Shown here in pieces: positions 1 to 9,127 of a DNA stretch of 64,000 bases (position 1 is the first letter of the stretch; every line of letters begins with the position of its first letter). Both the position numbers and the translations under genes were made by a program. The stretch is from positions 10,752 through 74,751 of the forward strand of contig JAHJHG010000006.1 in the NCBI GenBank assembly GCA_018823885.1, in the 5' to 3' direction. The stretch comes from Patescibacteria group bacterium (GTDB lineage: Bacteria; Patescibacteriota; Microgenomatia; UBA8517). The notes under the pieces are model-generated. The model did not search any database and was not told the DNA's origin. It was given only the letters and a program-made list of their open reading frames with translations.

Positions 1-112
1 CTCCCTGCATATTTCGTTTCCAAATATATAGTAGGTCAAATAAGTTGAGGCTACCTGAAAAGATATAGTTGACGCGCCCATAATAAATCTGCGATAAATA
101 ATAAAGGGAAAA

Positions 113-934
113 ATGACGCCTGAGAATCCTTACTTTGGAGCAACTAATAAAGAATTAGATACAAAACGCCTTGAGATTCAATCAAGTGGTTTCAATCCTT
201 ACACTGAGAAATTTTTAGAAGATTTAGGTCTATCAAAAGAAACTGCTTTAGATCTGGCAACTGGAACAGGGGCCGTCCTAACAATACTGGCGAAATATGC
301 AAATCGGATCACAGCGCTTGACTCTGACAAAGATCAGCTAGCTGAGGCTCAAAAAGTTATCGAGCTATTCAATCTTGGGAGCAAAGTAGAACTTAGGCAA
401 GGAAACGCTTTAGAACTAGACTTGCCTGACAATACATTCAGCATAGTTCACGCAAGACTCCTTCTTACAAATCTTCCAACAAAAACGCACTCGCAAGTGG
501 TAAACGAGTCTATCAGGGTTCTCAAACCCGGTGGGGTGTTAGTTCTGGAAGAACTCGGAGTTGACCGGGGATGGCACGCCAAACCTCCTTCTTCACATTT
601 TGAAACTCTTGTTAATGCCGTCATTGAAGCACGCAACAGAACGGAGATCTCTAACCAAACAGGGCCAGAATTGGAAGATTTGGTCACAATCTCTGGTCTA
701 AAAACGATAGCTAAAAATTCATACTCTATCGAAAGTCGTGCCAAGGATCCTTTTACACAGCTTAATGTCATGTTTATGACCCTCTATACTCCTCTTCTCG
801 TAAGAACCGGCGCTTTGAGTAAAGAGGAAAGTGAAGTTCATTTGGAAGGCCTCAAAAATGATATTAAGGATAATCCTGATATGAAAGTTTGGGCACCGCA
901 AATGTTTCAGGTTGCGGCGAAAAAACTCTCCTAA
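113..934 (+). CDS. Class I SAM-dependent methyltransferase
   Basis: Motif I ALDLATGTG, acidic end of beta-2 (ALDSD), GNALELDLPDNTFSIV and RVLKPGG, typical of Methyltransf_11/25. Confidence 0.85.
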   Translation: MTPENPYFGATNKELDTKRLEIQSSGFNPYTEKFLEDLGLSKETALDLATGTGAVLTILAKYANRITALDSDKDQLAEAQKVIELFNLGSKVELRQGNALELDLPDNTFSIVHARLLLTNLPTKTHSQVVNESIRVLKPGGVLVLEELGVDRGWHAKPPSSHFETLVNAVIEARNRTEISNQTGPELEDLVTISGLKTIAKNSYSIESRAKDPFTQLNVMFMTLYTPLLVRTGALSKEESEVHLEGLKNDIKDNPDMKVWAPQMFQVAAKKLS

Positions 935-977
935 AAGGTTTGCCTTTTCCTCCATTTTCATTCATCATTAAAATGAA

Positions 978-3152
978 ATGATAGATCTTCTTCTAAGTAT
1001 TATTGTTTGGATCTGTGCAGTAGGAAATCTCTTCCTTGGTTTCCTTGTTTATACTAGAAAAAAGAAAACTGTCATCTCAATCACCTTTGCTTCATTCGCC
1101 ACCAGTGCTGCGTTTTGGACCATGGCACTTTTCTTCTTTGAGCATCCAATTATTTTCTCTAGCCTTATTTGGCTAAAAATTGTTTATTGCATCGTTCTCC
1201 TGATGACTGGGTTGCTTTTCTCTTTTTCCTTTATTTTTCCCCGAAAAACCACTAGGCCACGTACTCTTCCTATTTTGTTTTTTATTCTCACGGCTATCTT
1301 CTTCGCCTATTTAATCAGTTGCACAAAATTGTTTGTAGCAAACGTTACATTAGAGCCCTGGGGTTACAAACAAATATTAGGACATGCCTATCCATTTTTC
1401 GCATCCTGGGCCACTTTCTTTATCTTCTGGGCACTTTATAATTTCTACCAAAGTCATAAAAAGGGACGGGGTCTGGAAAGAGCTCAAGTCAAGTTTATAT
1501 TTTTAGGGATGTTCTTTTTTACTTTAATCCCAATCGTCCTAGATGCCATTCTTCCAATTTTTTTCAAAAACTCCAAGTTTATTTGGTTCAGTCCCATCTC
1601 TGCAATCTTTCTTGTTGGCTTCACGGCCTACGCAATTATAAAACACCGCTTTTTAGACATCCGTCTAATTATTGCTCGCTCCATCTCGTATGCATTGTTG
1701 ATTATTACCTTTAGCCTCATTTATGCAGGTGGCCTATTTGGTCTTGGCACACTCATCACAAGAAGCCAGGGAACTACTGCTAACTCAATAGTCTCTGCTG
1801 TCTTAGCGATCGCTATAGCTTTTTCTTTTCAACCTCTCAGGCGATTCCTTGAAAAAATAACAGATAAAATTTTTTACAAAGAAAAATATGACTCAAATAA
1901 GCTTATCTATAAACTTTCACTAAAAATGGCAGAAAATATTCAATTAGATGTTTTAACGGGAGAAATTTTGGAAATACTAAGAGATGAAATGAGAATATCT
2001 ACAGCCTCTTTCCTTGTTATTACTAAAAAAGGGCTCGAATACACCATTAAAGACCATAATACATTCCATTCTCAACCCACAAAAGAAGAGCTTAAATTGA
2101 TAAGCGAAGAGGGTAAAATCTTAATATTTGAAGAACTAGAGAAAGGAAAAGTTAAAAACGTTCTCCGAAAACACAATCTTTCAGTATTTACACCCTTAAC
2201 AACTAAAGGAAAACGGGTGGGATATTTATTACTAGGCGAAAAATCTTCAGGTGATATTTATTACGATCAAGACATTAAAACCTTAAGTATACTTGCATCC
2301 CAATTCGCCATCTCAATCCAAAACGCTCAAAGCTACGAAGAAATTACGAAATTCAATAAAACCTTAAAACAAGAGGTAGATAAAGCAACCTTAAACCTTC
2401 AGGTCGCCAATAAACGCTTAACAGAATTAGGGAAATTAAAAGATGAATTTTTCTCAATCGCGGCCCATGAGTTAAGAACACCTTTGACGGCAATACAAGG
2501 AAATACTTCCCTCATCCAAGAATATTTTGGTGATGATATTAGAAAAAACAAAGATCTGGAAGAAATGGTGGAAGATGTGAACGAATCAAGTAAAAGACTA
2601 ATTAAAATTGTCAATGATTACCTGGATGCTTCCAGGCTTGAGCAAGGAAGAATCGTGTTCAAGAATAAGAATATTGACATAAAAGAAATAATCACCGATG
2701 TTGTTGCTGAAACAAAAGAATTAGCTACTGAGAAAAATTTATACATAAAGCTGGGCGAGGAAATAAATGCCAAACTTCTCCAGGTCTTTGCAGACAAAGA
2801 TCGGGTCAAGCAAGTTATCTATAATTTAGTCGGAAATGCAATTAAATATACCAAACAAGGAGGGCTTACAATTCATGCCCAGGAAGAAAACGGATCATTG
2901 CTTCTAAGGTTTGAAGATACCGGGATAGGAATTGACCCAGAGGGGCAGCAACTACTCTTCCAAAAGTTCCAACAAGTAGGAGAAAATCATTTAGATAGGA
3001 AGACAAATCGTGGTGCGGGTATTGGCCTCTATATCTCTAAGCTTTTAGTAGAAAGCATGGGAGGAAAAATATATTTAGAGAAATCAGAGGTAAATAAGGG
3101 CTCTATCTTTACTTTTACTCTACCTCTGGCCAAGGTTGCAAAGACTGCCTAA
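978..3152 (+). CDS. Membrane sensor histidine kinase (multi-TM N-terminus, GAF-like, HisKA, HATPase_c)
   Basis: Many hydrophobic helices; H-box AAHELRTPL; N-box QVIYNLVGNAIKYT; DTGIGI; GAGIGL; GSIFTFTLP. Confidence 0.93.
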   Translation: MIDLLLSIIVWICAVGNLFLGFLVYTRKKKTVISITFASFATSAAFWTMALFFFEHPIIFSSLIWLKIVYCIVLLMTGLLFSFSFIFPRKTTRPRTLPILFFILTAIFFAYLISCTKLFVANVTLEPWGYKQILGHAYPFFASWATFFIFWALYNFYQSHKKGRGLERAQVKFIFLGMFFFTLIPIVLDAILPIFFKNSKFIWFSPISAIFLVGFTAYAIIKHRFLDIRLIIARSISYALLIITFSLIYAGGLFGLGTLITRSQGTTANSIVSAVLAIAIAFSFQPLRRFLEKITDKIFYKEKYDSNKLIYKLSLKMAENIQLDVLTGEILEILRDEMRISTASFLVITKKGLEYTIKDHNTFHSQPTKEELKLISEEGKILIFEELEKGKVKNVLRKHNLSVFTPLTTKGKRVGYLLLGEKSSGDIYYDQDIKTLSILASQFAISIQNAQSYEEITKFNKTLKQEVDKATLNLQVANKRLTELGKLKDEFFSIAAHELRTPLTAIQGNTSLIQEYFGDDIRKNKDLEEMVEDVNESSKRLIKIVNDYLDASRLEQGRIVFKNKNIDIKEIITDVVAETKELATEKNLYIKLGEEINAKLLQVFADKDRVKQVIYNLVGNAIKYTKQGGLTIHAQEENGSLLLRFEDTGIGIDPEGQQLLFQKFQQVGENHLDRKTNRGAGIGLYISKLLVESMGGKIYLEKSEVNKGSIFTFTLPLAKVAKTA

Positions 3153-3170
3153 TAGTTATATAAATTAGAT

Positions 3171-3584
3171 ATGCCGAGAATACTAATTATCGAAGACGAC
3201 CCCTTAATGACCCGTTTGTATCAAAAGGTTTTTAGGTTTGAAAAATACGATGTTGATGTTGCTTCGAATGGCAAGTTGGGTTTAGAAAAAGTCAAATTGG
3301 AGAAACCAACCCTCATCCTTCTTGACATCATGATGCCAGAAATGAATGGTCTGGAGGTCTTGACAAAGTTAAAGGCTGATGAAGAAACCAAGAAAATACC
3401 AGTTATCGTTTTAACAAATCTGGCCGGAACTCAAGATGCAGAAACCGCTATGGCTAAGGGAGCCGTTCGATATATTGTTAAAAGCGAGCATGATCCTAAA
3501 GAAGTAGTTAAAATCGTTAAAGAAATATTGGCAGGATATACGAGAGATAAGATACCAGAAGTAAGCAAAGAAAAAAAAGAGTAA
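3171..3584 (+). CDS. Single-domain response regulator (receiver)
   Basis: ILIIEDD, LILLDIMMPEMNG, IPVIVLTN, YIVK; directly downstream of the kinase. Confidence 0.93.
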   Translation: MPRILIIEDDPLMTRLYQKVFRFEKYDVDVASNGKLGLEKVKLEKPTLILLDIMMPEMNGLEVLTKLKADEETKKIPVIVLTNLAGTQDAETAMAKGAVRYIVKSEHDPKEVVKIVKEILAGYTRDKIPEVSKEKKE

Positions 3585-3604
3585 ATTCTAAATTATCTAT
3601 CTAG

Positions 3605-5848
3605 CTATATCATTCCTGCAAAGATATTTTCAACTTCTTCCTGATTTAAAACCCCTGTTATTATTCTTTTAACGATTCCCTTTCTGTCTAAGAAGTAATG
3701 AGTCGGAAGTGAGTATATACTGTAATCTTCTATCAACCTTCCGTCAGCATCTATTACAATAGGTAAACTATAATTCCCTCGTTTAGCAAAAATGGAAACT
3801 TTAGAGCTTGTTTCCTGAGTTGAAACTACTGCCATCTGAGTATCCCCACCTGTCATATTGTTAAGAACGGCTAGTTGTTCCAAAGATGGAGATGACCAAG
3901 TACTGATAAAAGTCAGTAATAAAGGCTTTCCCCGCGTGTCAGTTAACCCAAACTCACCATCAATAGTAGGCAGAGTAAATACAGGGGCTTCCTTTCCTAA
4001 TATATCCCACTTCGCTGCTTCTACCGGTATGACTGGGGTACTAATATTGACATTCGCTTTATCTCCGGAAAAATCAGGTAAGGTGAAAACAAAGGGCCCC
4101 AGATTAATCCGTCTGCCAACTTCAAGCTCGAAATCAGCATTGATGGGAGCGGGGACTGAAAGAGTAAATATCTTGCTGGTTAGAGTTGTATAACCGGAGG
4201 AACTGATTCTAAAATAGTATGTACCAGGTGGTAAAAAGTATTGGTAGTTTCCACTCTCATCTGTTTCTTGCGGGTTTTCTTGACCAAAAGGTTTTGCATC
4301 CCAAAGCGTCCAAATCTCACTTAATGGATCCTTGTAATAAGCACTAACTTTGGCCTCTTTGGGTGGCTTCTGAGTATCTTTTGCCACCACTTTACCTGGA
4401 CTAAGAACAACAACTGAATTAAGAATTCTTTCCGTTTCGTTCTCGGCACCATCTTTTGCTTTTACCAGCAACTCATAAAATCCTGGATCGGGAAAGTTAA
4501 TTGTTCCGGACCAAAGACCTGTTTCCGGTGAACGAGGTAAAGAATACATGGCGTCATTGGCATATAAATCAATAGAAGTCGGACCACCAACAGTTGACAA
4601 TGTAATTCTTTGTTCTAACCCTGCCATGGTCACTATTACCCCATCTTTATTCGGCATTAGTATTAAAGGGCCCAAAGAAAGAAGGTTTCCTCCAACCAAT
4701 GGAGGAAGGCGGTCTATTATTAAAGTATGTGTTTTTGAAGTACCCCTGTTCCCTGCTCCATCTGTAGCTCTAACCACTATTTCATAATTACCATCATCAA
4801 AGATTTCGGGAACAAAACTAAATTCCGTCGAAGTTGCTCCAGGGTCGATAATTTCATCAACGGGTAACCAATTGACTCCCCCATCCGTTGAATAATCAAC
4901 TCCAGCTATTCTTGATTTATCCGAAGCCCTTCCTGTTATTAATGGTGGTTGTTCAAAAGGATCATCAAAATCCGTAGTGATAGTAACACTTGGTGGTATT
5001 TTATCCGTTGGGGCTTTAACAATGATTGTTTGTGTCGTTGTCACTGTTTGTGTCGTTGTCACTGTAGTCGCCATACCAACACTGGTAGCCGTACCAGTTG
5101 TAAAAGAATTTTCAGTAGTACAACCCTGATTCCCTGCTGCATCTGTACTGCAAGCCCGATAATAGTAGGTTGTACTAGCCCCTAAATTGTCTGGAGAAAG
5201 CGAATGAGAGGTTGACAATGTCGCGCTATTTTTGTTAAGAGAATATATTCCTGTTTCTAAGCCATATTCGACTAAAGAAGTTGCCGACTCGCTACTTGTC
5301 CAAGCCACCACCGCAGATGAGCTTCCTATACTTGAAACACTTAAATTCGATATTGTGGGGGCGGTAATATCAGTCCCCCCGGTAACATTAAACGCCAAGT
5401 TGCCCGAACAAGAAAAAGAATTCGCTCCTCCTGCGTCATCCGAAACCTCCACTGACCAATTTCCAGAAGCCCCAGCAATATCGCCAATGTCAGCTGAAAT
5501 ATTAGGAGTAATAGTTCCTCCTGCAGCAAGAGGGTCCTGATAATACCTATATGTTATTGAGTCGCTAGCCCAATCTGTATACCAAGCTGGATAGACTGAA
5601 GCCCCCTTAAAAGTTACGCCATCGTTCGGTCTAGTAATTTTAAACCATAAAACATCGGCCGCATCTGTATTGTTTAACGTAAAAATAAAAGCAATCCCAT
5701 TAACATTGGCCTCTGGATCATTTGGGGTAACGGAAACAGAGCAAGAACTAATGATCGCTTCTGCCGGTTTTATAAATTCAAAACGAAGAAATGCAACAAA
5801 AGCAAAAACAAAAATAATCGCCAAATATTTTTTAGTCCGAGCAGGCAT
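3605..5848 (-). CDS. Large secreted multidomain protein (FN3/Ig-like, carboxypeptidase-regulatory-like, C-terminal redoxin fold with SxxS)
   Basis: Signal peptide ending AEA; FN3-like segment (VAWTS...SLVEYG...TTYYYR); D..PP / DGAGN Ig repeats; C-terminal APVFTL...GKPLLLTFISTWSSPS...SLPTHYFLDRKG resembling TlpA/AhpC-TSA. Confidence 0.75.
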   Translation of the reverse strand: MPARTKKYLAIIFVFAFVAFLRFEFIKPAEAIISSCSVSVTPNDPEANVNGIAFIFTLNNTDAADVLWFKITRPNDGVTFKGASVYPAWYTDWASDSITYRYYQDPLAAGGTITPNISADIGDIAGASGNWSVEVSDDAGGANSFSCSGNLAFNVTGGTDITAPTISNLSVSSIGSSSAVVAWTSSESATSLVEYGLETGIYSLNKNSATLSTSHSLSPDNLGASTTYYYRACSTDAAGNQGCTTENSFTTGTATSVGMATTVTTTQTVTTTQTIIVKAPTDKIPPSVTITTDFDDPFEQPPLITGRASDKSRIAGVDYSTDGGVNWLPVDEIIDPGATSTEFSFVPEIFDDGNYEIVVRATDGAGNRGTSKTHTLIIDRLPPLVGGNLLSLGPLILMPNKDGVIVTMAGLEQRITLSTVGGPTSIDLYANDAMYSLPRSPETGLWSGTINFPDPGFYELLVKAKDGAENETERILNSVVVLSPGKVVAKDTQKPPKEAKVSAYYKDPLSEIWTLWDAKPFGQENPQETDESGNYQYFLPPGTYYFRISSSGYTTLTSKIFTLSVPAPINADFELEVGRRINLGPFVFTLPDFSGDKANVNISTPVIPVEAAKWDILGKEAPVFTLPTIDGEFGLTDTRGKPLLLTFISTWSSPSLEQLAVLNNMTGGDTQMAVVSTQETSSKVSIFAKRGNYSLPIVIDADGRLIEDYSIYSLPTHYFLDRKGIVKRIITGVLNQEEVENIFAGMI
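5027..5065. repeat. 18-bp tandem repeat (2+ copies) encoding a Thr-rich linker
   Basis: TGTTTGTGTCGTTGTCAC x2; encodes TVTTTQTVTTTQT on the minus strand. Confidence 0.8.
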
Positions 5849-5933
5849 TACTTTATTCTACTATGGAAAATGTTACCGACAAAGAACCCTTGAACAAAAC
5901 CACACAACCCCGCTATTATTAAAATATACTTAT

Positions 5934-6389
5934 ATGGTTGGTGTTGTTACATTTTGGGAAACTTTTATCGGAGTAGATAATCCAATCTACATTGGAGATA
6001 TATGGGCTAACACCATAAGACCACTTGGTGGTACCCATTTATTTTATGTTGACCAGCAAGGAATAGGAACACCGAGCATAGATGCTTCTATCGTTTCTAA
6101 AACCTATTCTACTTTCCAAGAAGTATTGGATGACAACCCCGATGCAACCTATGTGTTTCTTGAGGCTGAAAGGAGTATTCCAAAAGGTACCGATTTTACT
6201 TACTTAAAAGACTTTGTTCATCCCAAAGAAGACGTCATTTATGTTTTCGGCAAAGATAGTTCTGATGTGTTCACAGAGAACCTGCCACTTGAAGGAAATC
6301 ATGTTGTATCAATTACCACAAATGATAATCTTGTGCTCTGGTCATTAATAACAGTCGGTATCGTTCTGTATGATAGAAAGGTTAAATAA
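5934..6389 (+). CDS. Small SPOUT/TrmL-fold-like protein (divergent)
   Basis: ATG at 5934 avoids overlap with the divergent gene. YVFGKDS, VVSIT...LWSLITVGIVLYDR resemble SPOUT knot motifs. TAATG coupling to the next gene. Confidence 0.5.
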   Translation: MVGVVTFWETFIGVDNPIYIGDIWANTIRPLGGTHLFYVDQQGIGTPSIDASIVSKTYSTFQEVLDDNPDATYVFLEAERSIPKGTDFTYLKDFVHPKEDVIYVFGKDSSDVFTENLPLEGNHVVSITTNDNLVLWSLITVGIVLYDRKVK

Positions 6390-8500
6390 TGGCATTTTCA
6401 ATTACATCAGATATGACCACTATTGATACTTGTTCTGATACCACAAACTGGTCAGGAACTATTACTCCTACGCAAGACACTGAGGTGTTTATTGAGGGCG
6501 CCGCCTCAGTCGGAATGGTAAAAGTATCACAGGGGAAATTTATTGAAAAATTTGATTATTATACTGAAAAAGCAAGCAATTATTATAATGCTTCTACTAA
6601 TCCTACTCATTTATATTTTTGGGTAAATGTCTCCAACGGCGGTGGACTTTATCCGCTGTCTAGTGGAACAGAATCTACAGAAGGCGGAGTTAGACTATAT
6701 ATGGAAGACAGCGCTGGTGCTTATGTTGAGTGGTACGTTGCAGGTTCAGACACTTACTCTGGTGGTTGGAGATGTTTCGTAGCCTACACCGATGCCGCGC
6801 CCAATAACTCATCTGGTTCAATTAACAAATCACAAATTCGATATTTTGGTGTAACTCTAAATATGCAAGCTAAAACCACAGCTAACGTGAGAAATGCTTG
6901 GATAGATTTTATCAGATATGGTTCAGGTCTCATTTGTAGTGGAACCGACACGGGCCAAATGACTTGGGATGATATTTATGCCGGTGATCTTGCGGGTCCA
7001 CATGGGGTTATTAGAAAAGAAGGTGGAATTTTCTTCGTACAAGGATCGGTCACCATAGGCGACAATATTGGAACAAGTGCAACAGATTTCAGTGATGCTA
7101 ACCAAGTTCTCGTATTTGAAGACGCAAACGTTTCAAGTACTTTATATAACATTACAATCGTCGGCAATGCCACAGGAGATACTGATTTTCAAATGGGAAC
7201 CAAATCGGGTACGGCAGGAATTTCAGGATGCATTATCAGGTCGGCTGGTATAAATAAATATGATTTCACTTGTACCGATACTGCAGTCGAAGAGCTGTTG
7301 TTATACGGGTGTACTTTTTATGATGCGGACGTTATTTCTCTCCCGGCCTATTCCGCCTCGGCTCCACTTAGAGAAGTATTAAACTGCAACTTTGAGGCGT
7401 GTAATCAGGTTGATCCTGATACTTGTACAGTAACTAATTGTAATTTCATTAACGCTGATGACAGAGGGTGTTTGATAGATACTTCATCTCACCATATTAC
7501 CGATTCAAATTTTATTGCCTGTCCAGACGCAGTACATATTAATACTGCTGATACTTATACTTTTTCTGGTCTTATCTTCACCAACAACACCTATGACGTA
7601 GAAAACTCATCTGCCGGTGTCGTAAATATTAACGTATCCGGAACTGGAGCGGCTTCCTCAGCTGAAAATACTGGTGGGGGCTCTACAAACTTTATTTCGT
7701 CCGTTGATGTAGATGCCAAAGTACTAAACGATGCAGGCTCAAATATAGAAAATGCGCAAGTGTATATTCAAAAATCCGATACTGGAAAACAATGGAATTA
7801 TGTTTCTCATTCTGGAAATGCATTAAACGACACTGACTTTGTGGTTACTGGAGCAATTGACGATGATTTGCCCTCATCAGGGTGGATACACGTTTGGGAC
7901 AAATCAGATAATTCCAAGCAGAATTATAGATATACCGGATGGGCAACGGCAACAGATACAACTTTTACACTAAAAACTAATGTAACAGGAAGTGCAACAA
8001 GTGAAGATGGAACAAGCCCAGAAATAAAATTAATTTCTACATCGTCTGATTTTATAGCAATGAAAACGGCTGGGACTATTGAAGAAGGAGACTCAATTTA
8101 TAATTCAACTGATTTAAGCTGGGCTATTGTAGACGAAATAGTAGATGCAGACAATGTAACTACAACTCCACTACAAGGTGGTTCGGACAATAAATGGCAA
8201 GCCAGTGATGGATTCAGTCTACATAAATTAGTAAAGGCTTATACTCTCACCGATGATAAAATAGACATTCCCCTATTCAACGGACAGACTGATTCAAACG
8301 GAGAAATATCAACCTCATATAACTATGGAGAAATTGGAAATCCTCCTGGTCAGTCTGGTTATACTTCCCTGCCCATTTGGATCAGAATTAGATCAAACCA
8401 AGGTACACCTAAATATATTCCATACAACACGAGCGGAACCATAACAGGAAGTGGATACGATTTAACGGCGGTTATCACAGAAGACGATGTAGCAACATAA
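6389..8500 (+). CDS. Phage-virion/adhesin-like beta-rich protein (jelly-roll-like N-terminus, beta-helix-like middle)
   Basis: 703 aa, T/S/G/D-rich, no signal peptide, MA- start, NCNF/DSNF repeats; C-terminal ~240 aa paralogous to 9128-12076. Confidence 0.55.
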   Translation: MAFSITSDMTTIDTCSDTTNWSGTITPTQDTEVFIEGAASVGMVKVSQGKFIEKFDYYTEKASNYYNASTNPTHLYFWVNVSNGGGLYPLSSGTESTEGGVRLYMEDSAGAYVEWYVAGSDTYSGGWRCFVAYTDAAPNNSSGSINKSQIRYFGVTLNMQAKTTANVRNAWIDFIRYGSGLICSGTDTGQMTWDDIYAGDLAGPHGVIRKEGGIFFVQGSVTIGDNIGTSATDFSDANQVLVFEDANVSSTLYNITIVGNATGDTDFQMGTKSGTAGISGCIIRSAGINKYDFTCTDTAVEELLLYGCTFYDADVISLPAYSASAPLREVLNCNFEACNQVDPDTCTVTNCNFINADDRGCLIDTSSHHITDSNFIACPDAVHINTADTYTFSGLIFTNNTYDVENSSAGVVNINVSGTGAASSAENTGGGSTNFISSVDVDAKVLNDAGSNIENAQVYIQKSDTGKQWNYVSHSGNALNDTDFVVTGAIDDDLPSSGWIHVWDKSDNSKQNYRYTGWATATDTTFTLKTNVTGSATSEDGTSPEIKLISTSSDFIAMKTAGTIEEGDSIYNSTDLSWAIVDEIVDADNVTTTPLQGGSDNKWQASDGFSLHKLVKAYTLTDDKIDIPLFNGQTDSNGEISTSYNYGEIGNPPGQSGYTSLPIWIRIRSNQGTPKYIPYNTSGTITGSGYDLTAVITEDDVAT

Positions 8501-8567
8501 AAATGGGTCTTGATTATATTAGGAGAAATGTCTCATTATAGTTTATAGTTAATTACAGGACAAAAAT

Positions 8568-8909
8568 ATGAAAATAAAACTAATTAGTTATCCCTATAAG
8601 GATTATGAAGTTGGAGAGATTGTTGATCTTGGTGAAGACAAAAATAGGTCGATGGTGTCTTTGCAAAGAGCTGTTTGGGTTGAAGAAGAAGAGAAAAAGA
8701 AAAGGACACCAAAAAAGACCGTTACAAAAACAGCCACGCAAACACAAGACGATGTAATTGAAGAAGAAGAAAAACCAGCAAAAGAGACCGAAGAAGTTGA
8801 AGAAACAAAAAAGCCGACTCGAGGACCAGACGGGAAATTTGTAAGCAAAGAGGAAACAGAAAATACAGAAAAACCTAAAAAAAAAGGCTTTCTGAGTAGG
8901 CTGAGGTAA
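8568..8909 (+). CDS. Small K/E-rich protein with L9-N-like start and RGPDGKF motif
   Basis: MKIKLI...YEVGEIVDL N-terminus, charged low-complexity tail, R.xxG(K/R)F motif of a kind common in phage proteins. Confidence 0.55.
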   Translation: MKIKLISYPYKDYEVGEIVDLGEDKNRSMVSLQRAVWVEEEEKKKRTPKKTVTKTATQTQDDVIEEEEKPAKETEEVEETKKPTRGPDGKFVSKEETENTEKPKKKGFLSRLR

Positions 8910-8921
8910 AACAAGAGTAGG

Positions 8922-9122
8922 ATGGAAATTTTTAATTTACACTCTAATAATAAAAAGAAAATTAAAGGCTTGAAAGTTACGTCACACAAAGAATATGATA
9001 AGAACGGGAAGAAGCGTACCAATCGGTACGTAGAGTTTACGGTTGTCGGAAAAAATCGACAATGGAAAGATTTTATGCCGGTTGAAGACTTTAAAAAATT
9101 GAATCCCGAGATTAATATCTAA
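8922..9122 (+). CDS. Hypothetical basic protein (66 aa)
   Basis: Tightly packed in-operon ORF between 8909 and 9128. Confidence 0.6.
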   Translation: MEIFNLHSNNKKKIKGLKVTSHKEYDKNGKKRTNRYVEFTVVGKNRQWKDFMPVEDFKKLNPEINI

Positions 9123-9127
9123 CTGCC

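Noticed and set aside
5670-5933. N-terminal extension of ORF 5670-6389
   Set aside because: Overlaps the divergent 747-aa gene; ATG 5934 is more plausible.
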